A DNA stretch of 64,000 nt, taken from Laetmonice hystrix (Eukaryota). The notes below the pieces were generated by a model that had not been told where the DNA came from, did no database searches, and was given only the letters and a program-made list of their open reading frames with translations. The translations under genes were made by a program, and so were the position numbers. The first letter of the stretch is position 1, and each line of letters opens with the position of its first letter. The DNA lies in NCBI GenBank assembly GCA_965235115.1, contig OZ249436.1, positions 11,224,001 to 11,288,000 on the forward strand, in the 5' to 3' direction. Of the stretch, positions 26,661 through 41,194 are shown one piece after another.

Positions 26661-27230
26661 CCAGAATCTGCAACCAGTAACCAGTAGCTAACTTCACACT
26701 GCTAATAAAAAGTCCGGCAAGTTTCAGGACCCCCCCCCCCCACACACACACACACACACTTTCAAAAGAAACTGGCGCCCCTGGACTCAACTGTGACGTG
26801 ACTGCCACGATATGAACTCGGGATCCTTGGAATCATCAACCCATACGAGTTCTCCCGTTCATGTACTTCTGTCCTATGAACTATTTCAAAACGGAAAACG
26901 GTTTATAAAGGGGGCTCAATGTCCAAAAGGACAGCATGCCAATGCACCCCCACACGGTCAATAGTAATCGAGACTGCTTACTCCGAGTTCAATCGGAAAC
27001 GGATAACAAAGCCCGTTGGTAGTGACCGCGAACAAAGTATTCGGAATTTAAGGGTAGCAGTCTCTTTGACTGGAATCTTCAGCCGTGAGCTTGTCTTCTT
27101 TTAAACCACTTGATGACTGCGTACTACGAAGAGGTTGGACTAAGGGTTCAGTGACAAGTTAAGGGTCAAGTTAGTTTAAAGGTCAGCGCGGGAAACACTT
27201 TTAACAAACGTTTCATCTCAATAGACGGAA

Positions 27231-27478
27231 GCTGAGTTTCCATGTGTGCGTTTCCGTTTTCCGATTCCGTTTTCCGTTATCCGTGTCCGATTCGATCGTT
27301 TGCCTATTTCCTATGAGAGTGTTTCCATGTGTGCGTTTCATTCAAATCGGACTACAAAACGTTTACATGGAAACGCTCCCATATAGGAAATAGGCATTTA
27401 TAAACTATCAGATCGGAAACGGATAACGGAAACGGAAAACGGAATCGGAAAACGGAAACGCATACATGGCAACACGGA
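27231..27478. mobile_element. Palindromic MITE-like element
   Basis: TTTCCATGTGTGCGTTTCCGTTTTCCGATTCCG... mirrored by ...CGGAATCGGAAAACGGAAACGCATACATGG; near-complete foldback. Confidence 0.75.
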
Positions 27479-28923
27479 CACAAGAGTGGGTCAGCGTTGG
27501 GAGTCCTTCGAAGTACTTAGCAAAAAACTGAAATCTCGCAGAATATGTCTATTCGTATATTTCTGTTACGTCTAGTATGTGGATGAATGGAGTTAGAAGC
27601 TTTGGCTTTTATGGTTTTGACACCATGTACATTGGCCCTATTATAAATCAGTCCCAATGCTCCAATGTAGATTCATGACTCATCATGACAAATTTACCGC
27701 GTTTCGAGCATATAATGCATACGTATTTCCAGAGAGGTCCCTACTCTCATACAGTATGCCAGTCATTTCTCTCATGTCAATTCGGTCTCGCTACGAATGC
27801 ACCATTCATCAACTCAGGGTAATGAAATCAGTTAGTGCCTTGCTTGCATTCAGCGCAACCCCTCTATATCGAGGCTATCTTTCCCACAAGGCTTGTCCTC
27901 GTGGGCCGGAGCATTTCGAAACAATCTCAAACTGATTCTTGGGTCGTTTGGCAGAGTTTGGTCACGTGTTATACGTACGTCATTGAAAATGACTGTGACC
28001 TTTCGAAGCGAGGCGAGACCGATGCGGCGTGTCAGCTGAGACTATATAGACCCTGTCTCCCGCACTCTTTGAAGAACGGAAAGGGCTGCAGCTGGTCATG
28101 GGATCGAAGGGGTCAGGCCGGAAGAATCAGGGACAAGTAATACCCACCGCAGGCTTGGTCCTTATGTAAGCCCTTCTCTGAAGCTTTATCTTCTGAGAGA
28201 CACACTGATTGCATTTAAAGTGAGAGTGCAGCTAAAAAAGAAGTGAGCTTCTGGCTTCTCCAACCGGTCTGCAGTACAAAGTTCCATACTTTACAACACA
28301 AAGTCCTTCCAACAGAGCGTATTCGAATTTGCCCCGTTCTTTCCTGGTTTTGTTTTCTGTAAATTACCTACAATTATTATAAACTGAATGTATTGACAAA
28401 ATGTTTAATACTAAAAGCAGTTACATTTCAAATTCACCACCTGTACACGACTACATGTGCACGTTTCCTGACAAACGTTCCTTTAGTGATGTTGCCAAAA
28501 AGTGCACGCCACATTTCCGAAAGGCTGTACCTGCTGTGAGACAGGCACCCTCAACGTAGAACCCTGCTTTGTTCTAAAACTTTTCATTTTCAATTTTTAC
28601 ACTTTTGTGAGACAGTTGTACCATCCCGTTTTAGGACACATTAACTCATATTCACCTCTGAAAATGTTGTATGAACTTGGCCGTGTGATCATATTTGTTA
28701 AAAATTGAGCAGTGACTATCATTTGTAGGGGTTAATGGCGGAATACCTACTTAGCCTTTGTACTGGTGTCAGGGGTGAAAATGACAGGACTATAAATAGG
28801 TTGGTCAGTGACGATGTCATTATGGTTTCTTAAATATTTATAGAACTGATATCCATTAATTATAAGGCCCTTGATTGTTACATTTTGATGTATCGCATTG
28901 GTACATTGCATGTGGCAGAGTGA

Positions 28924-29413
28924 TTCATGTCTATCCATCGCAGCGGAGATCATGTCTGTCCATCGCAGCAGGGATCGCGTCTGTCCATCACAGCAGGGAT
29001 CGTGTCTGTCCATCACAGCAGGGGTCGTGTCTGTCCATCGCAGCAGGGATCGTGTCTGTCCATCACAGCAGGGGTCGTGTCTGTCCATCGCAGCAGGGAT
29101 CGTGTCTGTCCATCGCAGCAGGGACCGTGTCTGTCCATCACAGCAGGGGTCGTGTCTGTCGATCGCAGCAGGGATCGTGTCTGTCCATCACAGCAGGGAT
29201 CGTGTCTGTCCATCACAGCAGGGATCATGTCTGCCGATCGCAGCAGGGGTCGTGATTGTCTATTGAAGCAGGGATCATGTCTGTCACTCGCGGCAGGGAT
29301 CGTGTCTGTCCATCACAGCAGGGATCATGTCTGCCGATCGCAGCAGGGGTCGTGATTGTCTATTGAAGCAGGGATCATGTCTGTCACTCGCGGCAGGGAT
29401 CGTGTCTGTCCAT
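28924..29413. repeat. Minisatellite, 25-bp unit with a higher-order duplication at the 3' end
   Basis: CAGCAGGGATCGTGTCTGTCCATCR tandem. Confidence 0.93.
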
Positions 29414-32400
29414 AAGGGACACTTGTCAAACATGATGACATCCAAGGATCGCCGGAAGCCCTTCTTGGCACGTGGCCGTCTTGAGACTTCTTTTAATTCT
29501 GTATGGTTTCCAAAGGTTCCTTTTCATGCGTGTGAGGGAATGCTGTCATGTGTTTACAATCCGTGCAGGGGTGCCCTGTTGTATACCTTTGATTAAAACA
29601 TAAAAGACGATCAAACGTTTCATCTTGGTAACCCGGGGATTGTAGCTGTGAAAGGTCCTTTGCTCAAGAAGATTCCCTTTTTGGAATGAATTCGTCACTG
29701 TCCTTGGATCAAGTCATGTTTGAAGCAGTGCACTGAATTATTGGTGACTTGATATCTCAAGACTACCCTTGAATTCATTGTTTAAGACCTCATCTGTTTC
29801 CTCAGCCACAGACACAGGCCTGACTGGACGCAATTCTCGGTTACGTTTCGAACCGATCGTCTAGACATATGAACAGATCCAACGGAACAAAAGTCGTGTT
29901 GTCGAAATCAATCATTTCTACACATCACCAAACTCGAATTGGATTGTCCATTATGAAGAATTGACCAACGACGCCACTATTTGCCACTCGCCTTAAAGAG
30001 TGTTACAAAAGAACCATAATGTCTCCATTTCGTGGAAAGTATTATGGAAATGTCAGCATGCGGAAATGAAATGTTTTATGTGGTGAGTCATCGATCATAC
30101 TGAGTGGTGGGACTTCAGGTGATGGCGATGGCCGACAGGCGGCAGGTCGGTGCCAAACACAGCGCCAAGTCTTGGACACGATTCATGGCCACAAACGTCC
30201 AGAAATAGCTAATGTCCAGTGACAGCCTCAATCCACCAAATCACGGTCTACTCACCTTAATAACACTAGTACGGTAGTGCTACAAGTAGATAGTGCTATA
30301 ATCTTAGCAATTCTATTTATCAAAACTATTTATAAAGCTCAGATGCTACTCAACCTAATTACATGTAACATTTCAGACATTCCCTCTGGACCGTTTTGCA
30401 TGAGTTGATTAATTTACTAGCCGTTTCAATCAAATTAATAAAAGTTTTAGGTTTTCATATAAGCCTACGCAGTTTGGTTCTTCCATAATTTGTCACGATA
30501 AATCATTAGCCAGAGTGACACGTATTCGAAAAAAAAATTCCCTGGTTGGAGCTGCCAACCGCGGGGCCAGATGGAGGTTGTTGCTATCATAATATCGACC
30601 GACGTTACCGGGGAGTGACGAATGCTAATTTTACGCCACTTTTAGGCCACTTTCATGACGAAAACACATCCTTTTTGACTTGTTCGCTCTGTTGTTAACT
30701 GGATTTATATTGTTCTTGTGGGCCTAAATTGGTTACCCTAGTGCTGCCCAAGTGTTGTTCTACAGAGCAATGATGATTAAACATAGAGAGGGGAGCGAGA
30801 AAACAAACGAAAAAGAGAGTTAGGAAGGCCCTTCAACGCCTCTGACGACATGCCCTTGCACTACTATACCGATGTATTGGACATATCCTAGAAGTACTCT
30901 TTCCGACAAGTCTTTACTTCAAACAGATGTATACCCCTAAAAGACAAGTGCCAACCCGACCCCAAAATGTATGCCCCAAACCTTGGTACAACCCTGGGAT
31001 ATATTGGACCTATAATCTCTCCCTCGGCCCCACACGAAGCTTAACGTTCTTGGTGGGGCTCAGACTTCAGCAAAAGAACGTAGACATTATATTGCATGCG
31101 TGCCGGGCCCTCGTGCGAAAAAAAGGAAAGATTAATTTTCTCCCAACTAGTGAGAGATGGGGGATATATGGTTTTCACTATTATTTTTTTCTCTGGAAGG
31201 GGGGGGGGACGTTTTAGCTAATTATATGGAGCAAATGGTGTCCATTACGGATGGCTTGAGCCGCGCGTGCAGTGGGTAAGTGTATAAAATAACCACTCTC
31301 CCTATGCAACCCCACGCGGAGACTTTTTGAGCCGGATGGTAAAAAATACACGGCTGCTCGTGCCTTCATTGGCAGCTCTGGTGATGTAGTGGGAGTACGA
31401 TTACCGGGGGCAAGGGACGATAGGGGATTATTCCCTGGAAATCCTTACCCCCTGTACCAGGGGTAAGTGGGAAGCAAGAGCAGAGAACCCATGCTGTACA
31501 CGCGCCTCTGACGTGCCCTCACATGCACCCAGGGTACGCACGTGCATGGCTCGCAGCGACCCGCTCAGGGCAAGCACATGTAGCACTGATCGTGCCGCGC
31601 ACGAGTCTTCTAACACCAAAGGCGTCAGAAATCTCCAATAAACTACCTGCCATACCGGATACTGCCGTGTATCTCTCTCATAGCAAAGACCCATGGGGTA
31701 GGACCGTCCCCCCCCCGGCGACCCCCCCCCCCCAGCAATCTGGTACTTTGAACATAGTTTCTAACTGACTCCATGATTGACAATACAGTTTATAATGTTT
31801 AAAAGAATCATGATGTTGTTGCCTTACCAAAAGGCGTGGGACAGAAAACTGAATAGATGATCGAACTTGTTAGAATACTTCAATACCTAATTAAACGAGC
31901 GCCTACTCGATAGATCCAACGATTGCATTGAAGTGTTTTCCTATGATTACATCCATTCACTCAGCGTTAATTTACTCACTGCCTGAATGACGGGTATAAC
32001 ATTATTAGGGGAGATATTCTCTGGCCAGATATTTGTCTAGCCTACATAGGTCTAAAGGCAGTTAAGACACTATTTCAGGTAGCATCAAAATAATGTTTTC
32101 ATTTATTATAAATAATGAGGCCATCTACCAGGTTATGTTAGGATATCATTTTCTTTATTTCTGAGTATGTTAGAGCATATTGTACAGATGATGAAGGACC
32201 TGTACCAAGCGATGGTCTGTCACAATGACTGAAGTGATTGCACCGATTCTGTGCATGGCGAACTGTTCACACGTCAAACAGCCACGGGTAGGTATACACG
32301 GACACGACAAACACATAGTTCCGGCAGTCACCATTAGACTCAAGGATAGAATTCCATCCTGGCCAACAGAGTCGTAACCTTATACTCCTTTCACCCTTGC

Positions 32401-35400
32401 TATGAGTCGCTGCAGCTATTTACTTCTAGCCACGACACTTTTTTGCTCTCACATTCTTCGGTTACTACCTGACGATCGCTAAAACTCGACCCCCCCCCCC
32501 CCACACACACACACACGAACAGACACTGGCCCAACAGTGAGCACCCCACGTGCCGTACCTGATATACAAGTATCATGTTCTCATTGGGAACAAAATGGTA
32601 AATCGGAATCATATGCATAGCCTACACAGAGGGAAATCCGGTTCGATAACTTGTTCCATATGCATGTCAGAACGAATACGCACATTGTGGCTATACGCTA
32701 TGACTTGGTTCTGTTGTACATCTGTTCTGTATCTGTTCCTAAGTACACGATGGCAACATTGGACGACCGAAAGGGACAGAAATGTCGTGTCGATGCCTGC
32801 GACACGGCAGCAGACCCCCTCAGCGCTATCAGGGTCTATGTGTGTGGCCATGTTTCCCTGGTCACTGTATATAAATGTGTCGGCAAGCAAAGGGTGCTGG
32901 AGCGTATATATACCAATGTTACAACTCCAGTAAAGTAGTCACTGCCATGGCAACTGTGCACAAGCGTCAGGTTGCCGGTTATAAACCGCATTACAGCCTT
33001 AACCCCTCTGGACAAACAACATTATCCCTCACTGCACAGCCCCCTAACTGTGGCTTTCAAAATAGATGTTTCCAATTGCAGCTTATTTTTTAATGTCAAA
33101 ATTCCAATATTTATTTTCGTAAAGACACCTTTAGTGAGTTACCCGTGCCTTGTTAGCATGTACCTGCATGCAGATATCTACAGTCCGAGTTTGATCCACG
33201 CCGGCCCCAATGAAAGAGTTAAGTTTAACGCCCGGTAAATTACTCATGGTAATAAAGGAGGGTTGCCGTGGTGAGAGAGTGTGATGTCGGGAGATTAGGT
33301 ACCGCTGACACGTGCGCCGGTTATAATGCGGGCCAAACATGGAAGAGTAGCGCGTCCTACCCTGGCCTGGTGGGGCCAACGTGAGGCCAACGTGAGGCCA
33401 ACGTGAGGCCTACCCACGGGTAACGGATCACCTGACCCCGTTCACTGACGGCTATACAACTATATCACGCACACAAGACGCGCACGTCACGCAGCGGACA
33501 CACTGCCGGACAGAGGCATATCTTTTATTAGTACGTGTGAAACAAGAATTATGAAATGATCAAATGGTACACAATCAAAAGAAAATGTTAAGGATTAGAT
33601 CTATGCAAAGACTGTTTCATGAATTTGCCAATAGTGGCATAAAAATTCCCGATTTTGTAATAATTTGCTAGCCATGCACACTGAATTTTGTGGAGCTGTC
33701 TGCCAGACTCGTTGTGGGTTTTGTAGCCGGCGGATGGCGATGGGAGCGCCATCTTTCGGTCATGACCTGTGATGTACCGTTTGAATAGTGAAAGCATGCA
33801 CGGATGTCCCTTCGTACACCGCAGTTGATACACGTTTCACCCTTTCGTAATGTCAATGCCTAATACTACATGTATGTCCATCGGGGAAAGCCATCAACCT
33901 CCACTCCACAAAACGCAGCTGTAATAATGCTCGCTCCATGTTCGGTTGAAGTCGAGGTATCCCCCATGGACCCGGAACCCTAATACCTCCAGCTTCCGCA
34001 GGCGTACACGCACCATTACCAGACTTTGTTCACAGTTCACCGTACCGAGCCTGCCATTTACATCGAGTAGCTTAGAACTTTGTGGAACTTCAAAGCCTTC
34101 AGTGTTTTTAGACAACTTGCAGCTAAATGAAAGAAATGAGCCTCGGAACATTTCTCTTTTAGCTCAGGTTACAGGGTATGCATTCAAATGATGCATTAAG
34201 AAGAAAGATTACCAGCATTAAAACGTTGACAAAGATGAAGACGCAAACGTTAGTCTTTCACTTAACCTAATTGGAAGCAAAGCCCGAACAATGGGAAAAT
34301 AATCCAGTTTGCTCTTTCAAACGGATGTGTTTCCTGCAAGTACATAACCAAAGATAATGTACATGCCTCGAGGAATGATAAAAAAAAAACGAGTTATTGA
34401 CAGTACCTCCTCCCCGTCCCCTCCCACACACACATTTCCGTCACAGAGCCGCATGTAAAGCACCTAATTTTTCCACATTTATTAATGGGACTATTTCTAT
34501 GTTTGAAGTATTTCAGCTTAATGTACTTGGGACAAGTTTTATGACAACTACTACTTGGGTAGATTGTCATCCCTTAGGAGATTAATGAATCAGAAGGCTA
34601 AATTAACTCTGTTGAGTTCTTTACGAAAAGTAGAGACCGATAGTGGGAAGGGAATCGATGGAAATATAAGACATGTCTCCTATTCATTACGACTTGTTCA
34701 AATAAGTACCCCGAGTGCCATGTTCGCTAAAGGTTGGCTGTCAGTCGCACGCCAACCTTAAATCATTGGGCCCACCGTCACGTGGTCTGCCAATTACTTC
34801 TCGTTTTGTGTGAAGAGGAAGCCGAGCGTCATGAAACATTCATGTCGCTGTCCTGTTGGTGAGCTGACGACCCACACAGGAATAGGGGTTGGATGGCTGT
34901 CCTTTCTTACGAGTCGTCGACGTCAGCCGTCGGCACTGCCTCCGTCAGTACACGTGGGCTGGAGGGTGGGAGGTGAGGGACAATGACGTCCAGACAAATT
35001 GACCAGACATAACATACACACGGGAGGGACGTCATATATCAAACTGTAAAACACCTGGGGGAATGAGCAGTGTCTGTTAGTGCCATAAATGTACTTGAAA
35101 ATTTCCAGCTTTAGTCAGTAGCGTGCAATCTAGGTGGTAGGGCATTCCTTAAGATTTCCATTTAAAATGCATTAGAATTTTCCGGTTGGGCTAATGCTAC
35201 GGATCCTCATGTAACTGAATAGAAAGGGTAAATCGCCTCCACATCCCCTCGAACCCGTCCGTATCCTTCCTTGCATGATGTAAGCCTACGGATAAACTTG
35301 ATTCTTTGAACACTAAGATTGTCATTACTCCAGCATGATTTATCTGTTCTATATGTCTCCGTGTGTATCAAACATTTTAATCTATGGGTATCAGACCTAC

Positions 35401-35946
35401 CCATCCCGCTGCGGTCAGTATGATGCCGTACTGGTCTCGTACTATCCGATTCCGCCTGACTGAATCTTTGTTTGTTTTTAGCGTTATTCGCTGGTACAGG
35501 ATTAGAGGACGGTATAAATAGTGATTGTGAACAAAGTAGATGGAACGCCTGTCTTTGTGTGAGCAACGATTTATGAAATGAAGCGGATTTATGAGGCGGG
35601 GAATGTGACAGGTATCGACCAATATTCTGTCATGGAGACATAACCAATTCTATGACCACCGACCAGACACATTAAAAACTGGAAACAAAACTTGTCTGAG
35701 ATGTCTACAGGTATTTTTTGAGGCCATTGAATAGGATCACACAAAATGTTGTCACATCAATATTCTGATGGGGCTTTTTCTTGAAAATCTATTTCAGTTT
35801 TTCTTTTATTCCCGTATATTACACCTACGTAATACCTTAAACAGAAAAGCTCGAGCTGACTTGAAATCATCTGCAAGTTAAATCGAAAGGAACATTGGCT
35901 TGGTGTGGTTTAAAAGGTTTAAAGGTGAAGGCATGAGAAGTTCGAC

Positions 35947-36678
35947 ACCAATACGGTGAGACAGAATGGGGGAGAGGCGGTCTGGAGCATGCAAGTTGTT
36001 CACCAATACGGTGAGGTAGAATGTGAGAGAGACGTTTTGGAGTATGCAAGTTGTTTACCAATACGGTGAGGTAGAATGGGAGAGAGACGTTTTAGAGCAT
36101 GCAAGTTGTTTACCAATACGGTGAGGTAGAATGGGAGAGAGACGTTTTGGAGCATGCAAGTTGTTTACCAATACGGTGAGGTAAAATGGGAGAGAGACGT
36201 TTTGGAGCATGCAAGTTGTTTACCAATACGGTGAGGTAGAATGGGAGAGAGACGTTTTGGAGCATGCAAGTTGTTTACCAATACGGTGAGGTAGAATGGG
36301 AGAGAGACGTTTTGGAGCATGCAAGTTGTTTACCAATACGGTGAGGTAGAATGGGAGAGAGACGTTTTGGAGTATGCAAGTTGTTTACCAATACGGTGAG
36401 GTAGAATGGGAGAGAGACGTTTTGGAGTACCTATGCAAGTTGTTTACCAATACGGTGAGGTAGAATGGGAGAGAGACGTTTTGGAGCATGCAAGTTGTTT
36501 ACCAATACGGTGAGGTAGAATGGGAGAGAGACGTTTTGGAGTATGCAAGTTGTTTACCAATACGGTGAGGTAGAATGAGAGAGAGACGTTTTGGAGCATG
36601 CAAGTTGTTTACCAATACGGTGAGGTAAAATGGGAGAGAGACGTTTTGGAGTATGCAAGTTGTTTACCAATACGGTGA
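35947..36678. repeat. Minisatellite, 55-bp unit, about 13 copies
   Basis: CCAATACGGTGAGGTAGAATGGGAGAGAGACGTTTTGGAGCATGCAAGTTGTTTA tandem. Confidence 0.97.
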
Positions 36679-39600
36679 GAGAGACTGTAGAAGATAGCGG
36701 GTTAAGCTATATGTACCAGAGTAGAGGTTAGTGAGTCCAAGATGGCGTCAGAACGTACGCCAGAACCGTGTCGTTCTGCGGTAACCGTGTCGTTCTGCGG
36801 TAACTATTACATCCTCAGTCGGTAGAAAACGAGAAGGCGAACCAGATAACCTCGTAAAGACGGCAGTCTTTGTCTGGTAGAATCTAGTGGAACACACAAC
36901 TGACGTCCTCACGGAACGATATATGTACGTTATGAGGTGTCTCTCTGGTAAGAGTGGTCGCGCAGGTACGGTTGGACATTAGATGAGCCAGCCTCGGAGC
37001 ACTGGGGTCGGCCAGTGAGGAACATGGTACTGGAAGGACTCAGATCCATGTGCCATGGAGATGATACCACAATCCTACACTCGACCACTTCCCCACACCA
37101 GCTCTCGCTCTGTTCGTCGCCTCTTCCCCATGCGCACAGGTTTCGTGGCATGATAATAAAATGCGAACAGCACGCGTGAGTACGTTTATGGCCGTCACAT
37201 AGTGGTATATTTAGCCTACTGCTAAATACCAGTGGTTTTTGGATCTATTTCCGTCTATTCAGGAAGAACCCTGCACACCGGGCCAACGCCCTTTTCTTCT
37301 AGTAATCGAAATAACGTGCAACACTGCATAGCCGGGCCTTTTATAACCCAGGAGCACCGCGTGCATTGTAGAGCAGGCAGCGCGGGTGGCATGGGACGAA
37401 ACACAGCCAACGCCTAACTCTTTGAACCACCAACCTCACCTCTCGTCAAACGGTATTTATGTATTTGTATTATGATATGATGATATGATATCATGATATA
37501 CATGATGATATATGATCTGTCACAATTGAAGGGCGTGCCTCGTGATGCATGGTATTTACCTGTTCACCTGTGACACTGAACCCAATGCATCATTAGTCAA
37601 ACATATTACTCTGATACATACCCACCTGTGACATGATTTCCTTTCGTGCCATTTTGTGATAATGTTTCTTGAAGGAACTACAAATAATTCCTTCTGTCTG
37701 TGATCTAGCGGCACGCACTTTTTAAATATAACGCGCGTCATACCTGGCAGCAATATTCCAAGTGCTGCAGGCCACTAACAGAATTCGGTCATTTCAATGG
37801 AACAGCCAGCATTCCGGAGGAATACCCTGTGTTATTTTCCCGGTCCACTACCAACTTGTTGGCTGTTCAATTAAAATTACTTACTCATGACAGTAGAATA
37901 TCGGACTTAAGAAAACGTCGCCCAGGTATGACGTCGAGGTAAGTGGGATTCTGCAGTATGTGTTTGAAAACAAGGACAAGATTTTATCGTAAACGAAACG
38001 AACCACCGGCCTCTTTGCACGTCAAGGGTTATGTTGCCATCCAAAAATTCAATTCCGTTGCCATTCACTGTAGCAATAAAATTAGTCGGCCAAATCATTA
38101 TCATATATTATTATGACCAAGCGATGTTTTTTTATCAGTTGTAGAACACCAGTTCATCTTCGTACCACACTGTGACGCAAAGACAGAATTTCTGGCGTCT
38201 TTCCGGTAATTGGCACATATCTGTACCTGCAGATTTTTTGGAGGCGGAGGGTGAAAAGCGTTCAACATTAACAGTCTAAATGCAATGGATTTAACAGCTG
38301 TCCCGAGGATGGAAATGACAAGGGGAGAGAAAAGTAACAGCTGTCGAGTCCAATAGGGAATTCGTTATACACTGAGAAAACATTGGAGAGGGGTTGCGGG
38401 TTTTCTGGACTCGTGACTGTTTATTGCGGCTGATATAATGTACATGTTAGGTGGTTGGACCGACTATCGACCTCTATCATATATATTCGACCGATATATT
38501 CGCCCTATGTCATATATTTGCCACCTCGACATTTTCTGTGTTCTTCATCAAACCTGAGGTTTCCCGCCTTCTCTGGTGGAAGCCATTGGGAACGCATGAA
38601 GTCGGGATTCTATCTGATTCCACATAACTACAGCATCTCCAGTATTCACCCAAGTGATACTGACGCTGATTGAGTACCACGCCTGGAAAAAAAAGAATAC
38701 CTTTCCGCGTACGTCGAGTTCAGCTGCAGACATTGAAGATAGAATCCTGTAGGAGTGTAAGGAAGTAAACTAGCTTCTCGAAACAAACCTTCACATCACT
38801 TTTGCGACTCTGACAAATAATAAATTCAAATTCCTAAAGAGTCGTCAATAGCTCTTCGTGCACACGCCAGGAAACCCCGTGCTGCACAGAGCATATCAAA
38901 TTATTTTATGTTTATTTGTCAATTAGAATTCACACCAAAATCTAACATGATGTTTGCCAGTGCTTGCGTTCCTCGCTGGATGTTTTAATTGGGCGCCATT
39001 ATAGGGGCTCTAAACGTTTATTATGCCTATATAATATTGCACACGCTCTCCAGATGGAGAGTATATTGCATGCAGGTTCCCATTACCTTGCCATCTCTTT
39101 TTTGGTAATTACGGACGCTATTAGCATATAACATTCACCTACATAGAAATGTTCCATATCAGGAACACTGATGACGTCACTTACTTCCCTACGAGGTACC
39201 TCAAATACTGTTTGTTGTACACTGAGCTCTATCTACATAGTAAATCCGTGATTGAACGCCCACTTCAGACCACTTGGATTCCCGTAAAGTACTGTTGCCA
39301 TTTGCTGTGCCAAAGTTATCTGGCAAATTCAGACTGTTAACATGGATTGCATATTTGATTTAGCACCCACACTATGACCGTAAAAGAGAAACTCAGCTTT
39401 ACACCAAGCAGCAAGCAATAAGGCCAACCGTATTACTAATACGATTTTATTTCTGCCCACAAGCATGTATCAATCAGGGGAATGCGTTTCTCCAGTCTTT
39501 TCCTCGCCTTTATTTTATTTAATTCAGAGATTCATTTTGGAGTAAATATATATGTACACATCCTGTCTTCGCCGTAAATAAGATTTACAATCTAAACTAA

Positions 39601-39976
39601 CCGATGATCTCCGCTACACTACAGGCCAGCTGATCTATTTATGTCAACTCATGCATGTAGAAAGACAAGATAATTATCGTCCAATGATGTCACAGGTCCG
39701 ATCTGGATGAATATATTATCTACTGATTGTTTACATCGGCAACCATTCTATCAATGGGTCACAATAAACGCTCGACAACTATTGGTGTCACCTTGGACGA
39801 ATGTGAAGATTATAAGTGATATGCGAGTATAATTTCCGAAGCTTCCAGTCTTTCTCCCACTTGTAACCGTCTTCTGTGGCCAACATTTGATGGGATATCG
39901 GCCCAGCAGTTTCCGAAAAGAAGCTGTCCTTTATGGCGATGAAATATATAGACAACCAGAGCGGAAAGAAAATATA

Positions 39977-40090
39977 GTTTGGATCACTTTATTCTGTGAA
40001 TATAACACTATAGGAAATAGGAACACACGCATTGTTTGGATCACTTTATTCTGTGAATATAACACTATAGGAAATAGGAACACACGCATT
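39977..40090. repeat. 57-bp tandem duplication
   Basis: GTTTGGATCACTTTATTCTGTGAATATAACACTATAGGAAATAGGAACACACGCATT present twice. Confidence 0.9.
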
Positions 40091-40296
40091 TTTAGTAGAC
40101 GTAATATATATTGGGAGAGTCAGATAGTAAAGCATCTTGTAAGTTTAGTTTTAAGGAGACACCACATATTTATGTATGGAGTTAAGCTATGGTAAAAGCA
40201 ATATTTGATGATGCATATCAAAGAGGGGCAGAAATCGGAGCACTTGCAATACTAGTGTATTCGCTCTGGGATAAGAGAATCTTCAATTCGTACTCC

Positions 40297-41194
40297 AATG
40301 GCCCTGTCACACACCACGGCGATCAGCCGGCGACCTCTTTGCGCTCCCGGACTTTTGTCACCGGGATTTATCCCCAAAGCGCTGTCGCAGCGCTGTCGCA
40401 GCGCTGTCGCAGCGCTGTCGCAGCGCTGTCGCAAACATCTCGGCAACGGCAGCCATTCACCGGATAGGCGCATAGTCAATGCAATCTTCAACCTTGATTC
40501 GACGATTGGCGACCCTCTCCCGTCCTTAACAGTTTCCACTGCCACTCGGCACTACCTCCACTGACTGCGTCATGTATCGGCTGTACGCACTCGGAACACC
40601 GACGCTGCTTCTGATTGGCTGTTTCTAGGTCATATCCGGAGGCGAAGCAGGCCTCGGATGTATGAAGCGGCCATTTTCCCGTTTTTCGTGCAAAGTAGTG
40701 TAAAGCGGTCGCACATGAACACAAGAGTAAATAGTCGACCCCTACGCACAGGCACATAGGCCTAGTTCAAATAATAATTTCTCACCATACCTATCCTTCT
40801 CGAATTTTCTATCGTGGAGACAAAACAGTCTCTTCTTCACCTGGGAGGAAACCCAGATATTCTGACTTTGTAAAGTCCGACACTAGGGAGTTCTACATTT
40901 TCGGCACGGCGGCAGCGCGCGAGTTTGTTGTTTACATCCGGGTCAGTGGTCCCGACCTAGCCACCCACCCACCCCACCCCCCAGCATGGCGACCTTCGTC
41001 GTACAGCCGAGATATGACGCGATAGAGTCAATCGTGGGTGAGCCGAGTGACACCCGAGGCCTGTTTCGCCTCCGGATATGACCTAGAAACAGCCAATCAG
41101 AAGCAGCGGAAGCACCGGAAACCTTACTGCGCGTTGCCTCACGCTTTCCTACTTGGTCGCCAGCGTGATCGTGGCTAGGGGTGACAGGGCTATT
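40297..41194. mobile_element. Harbinger-like TIR element containing a nested MULE-like element (40588-41108)
   Basis: Outer AATGGCCCTGTCAC ... GTGACAGGGCTATT; internal 11-bp AGCGCTGTCGC tandem; inner inverted arms of about 59 bp with 2 mismatches. Confidence 0.75.
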
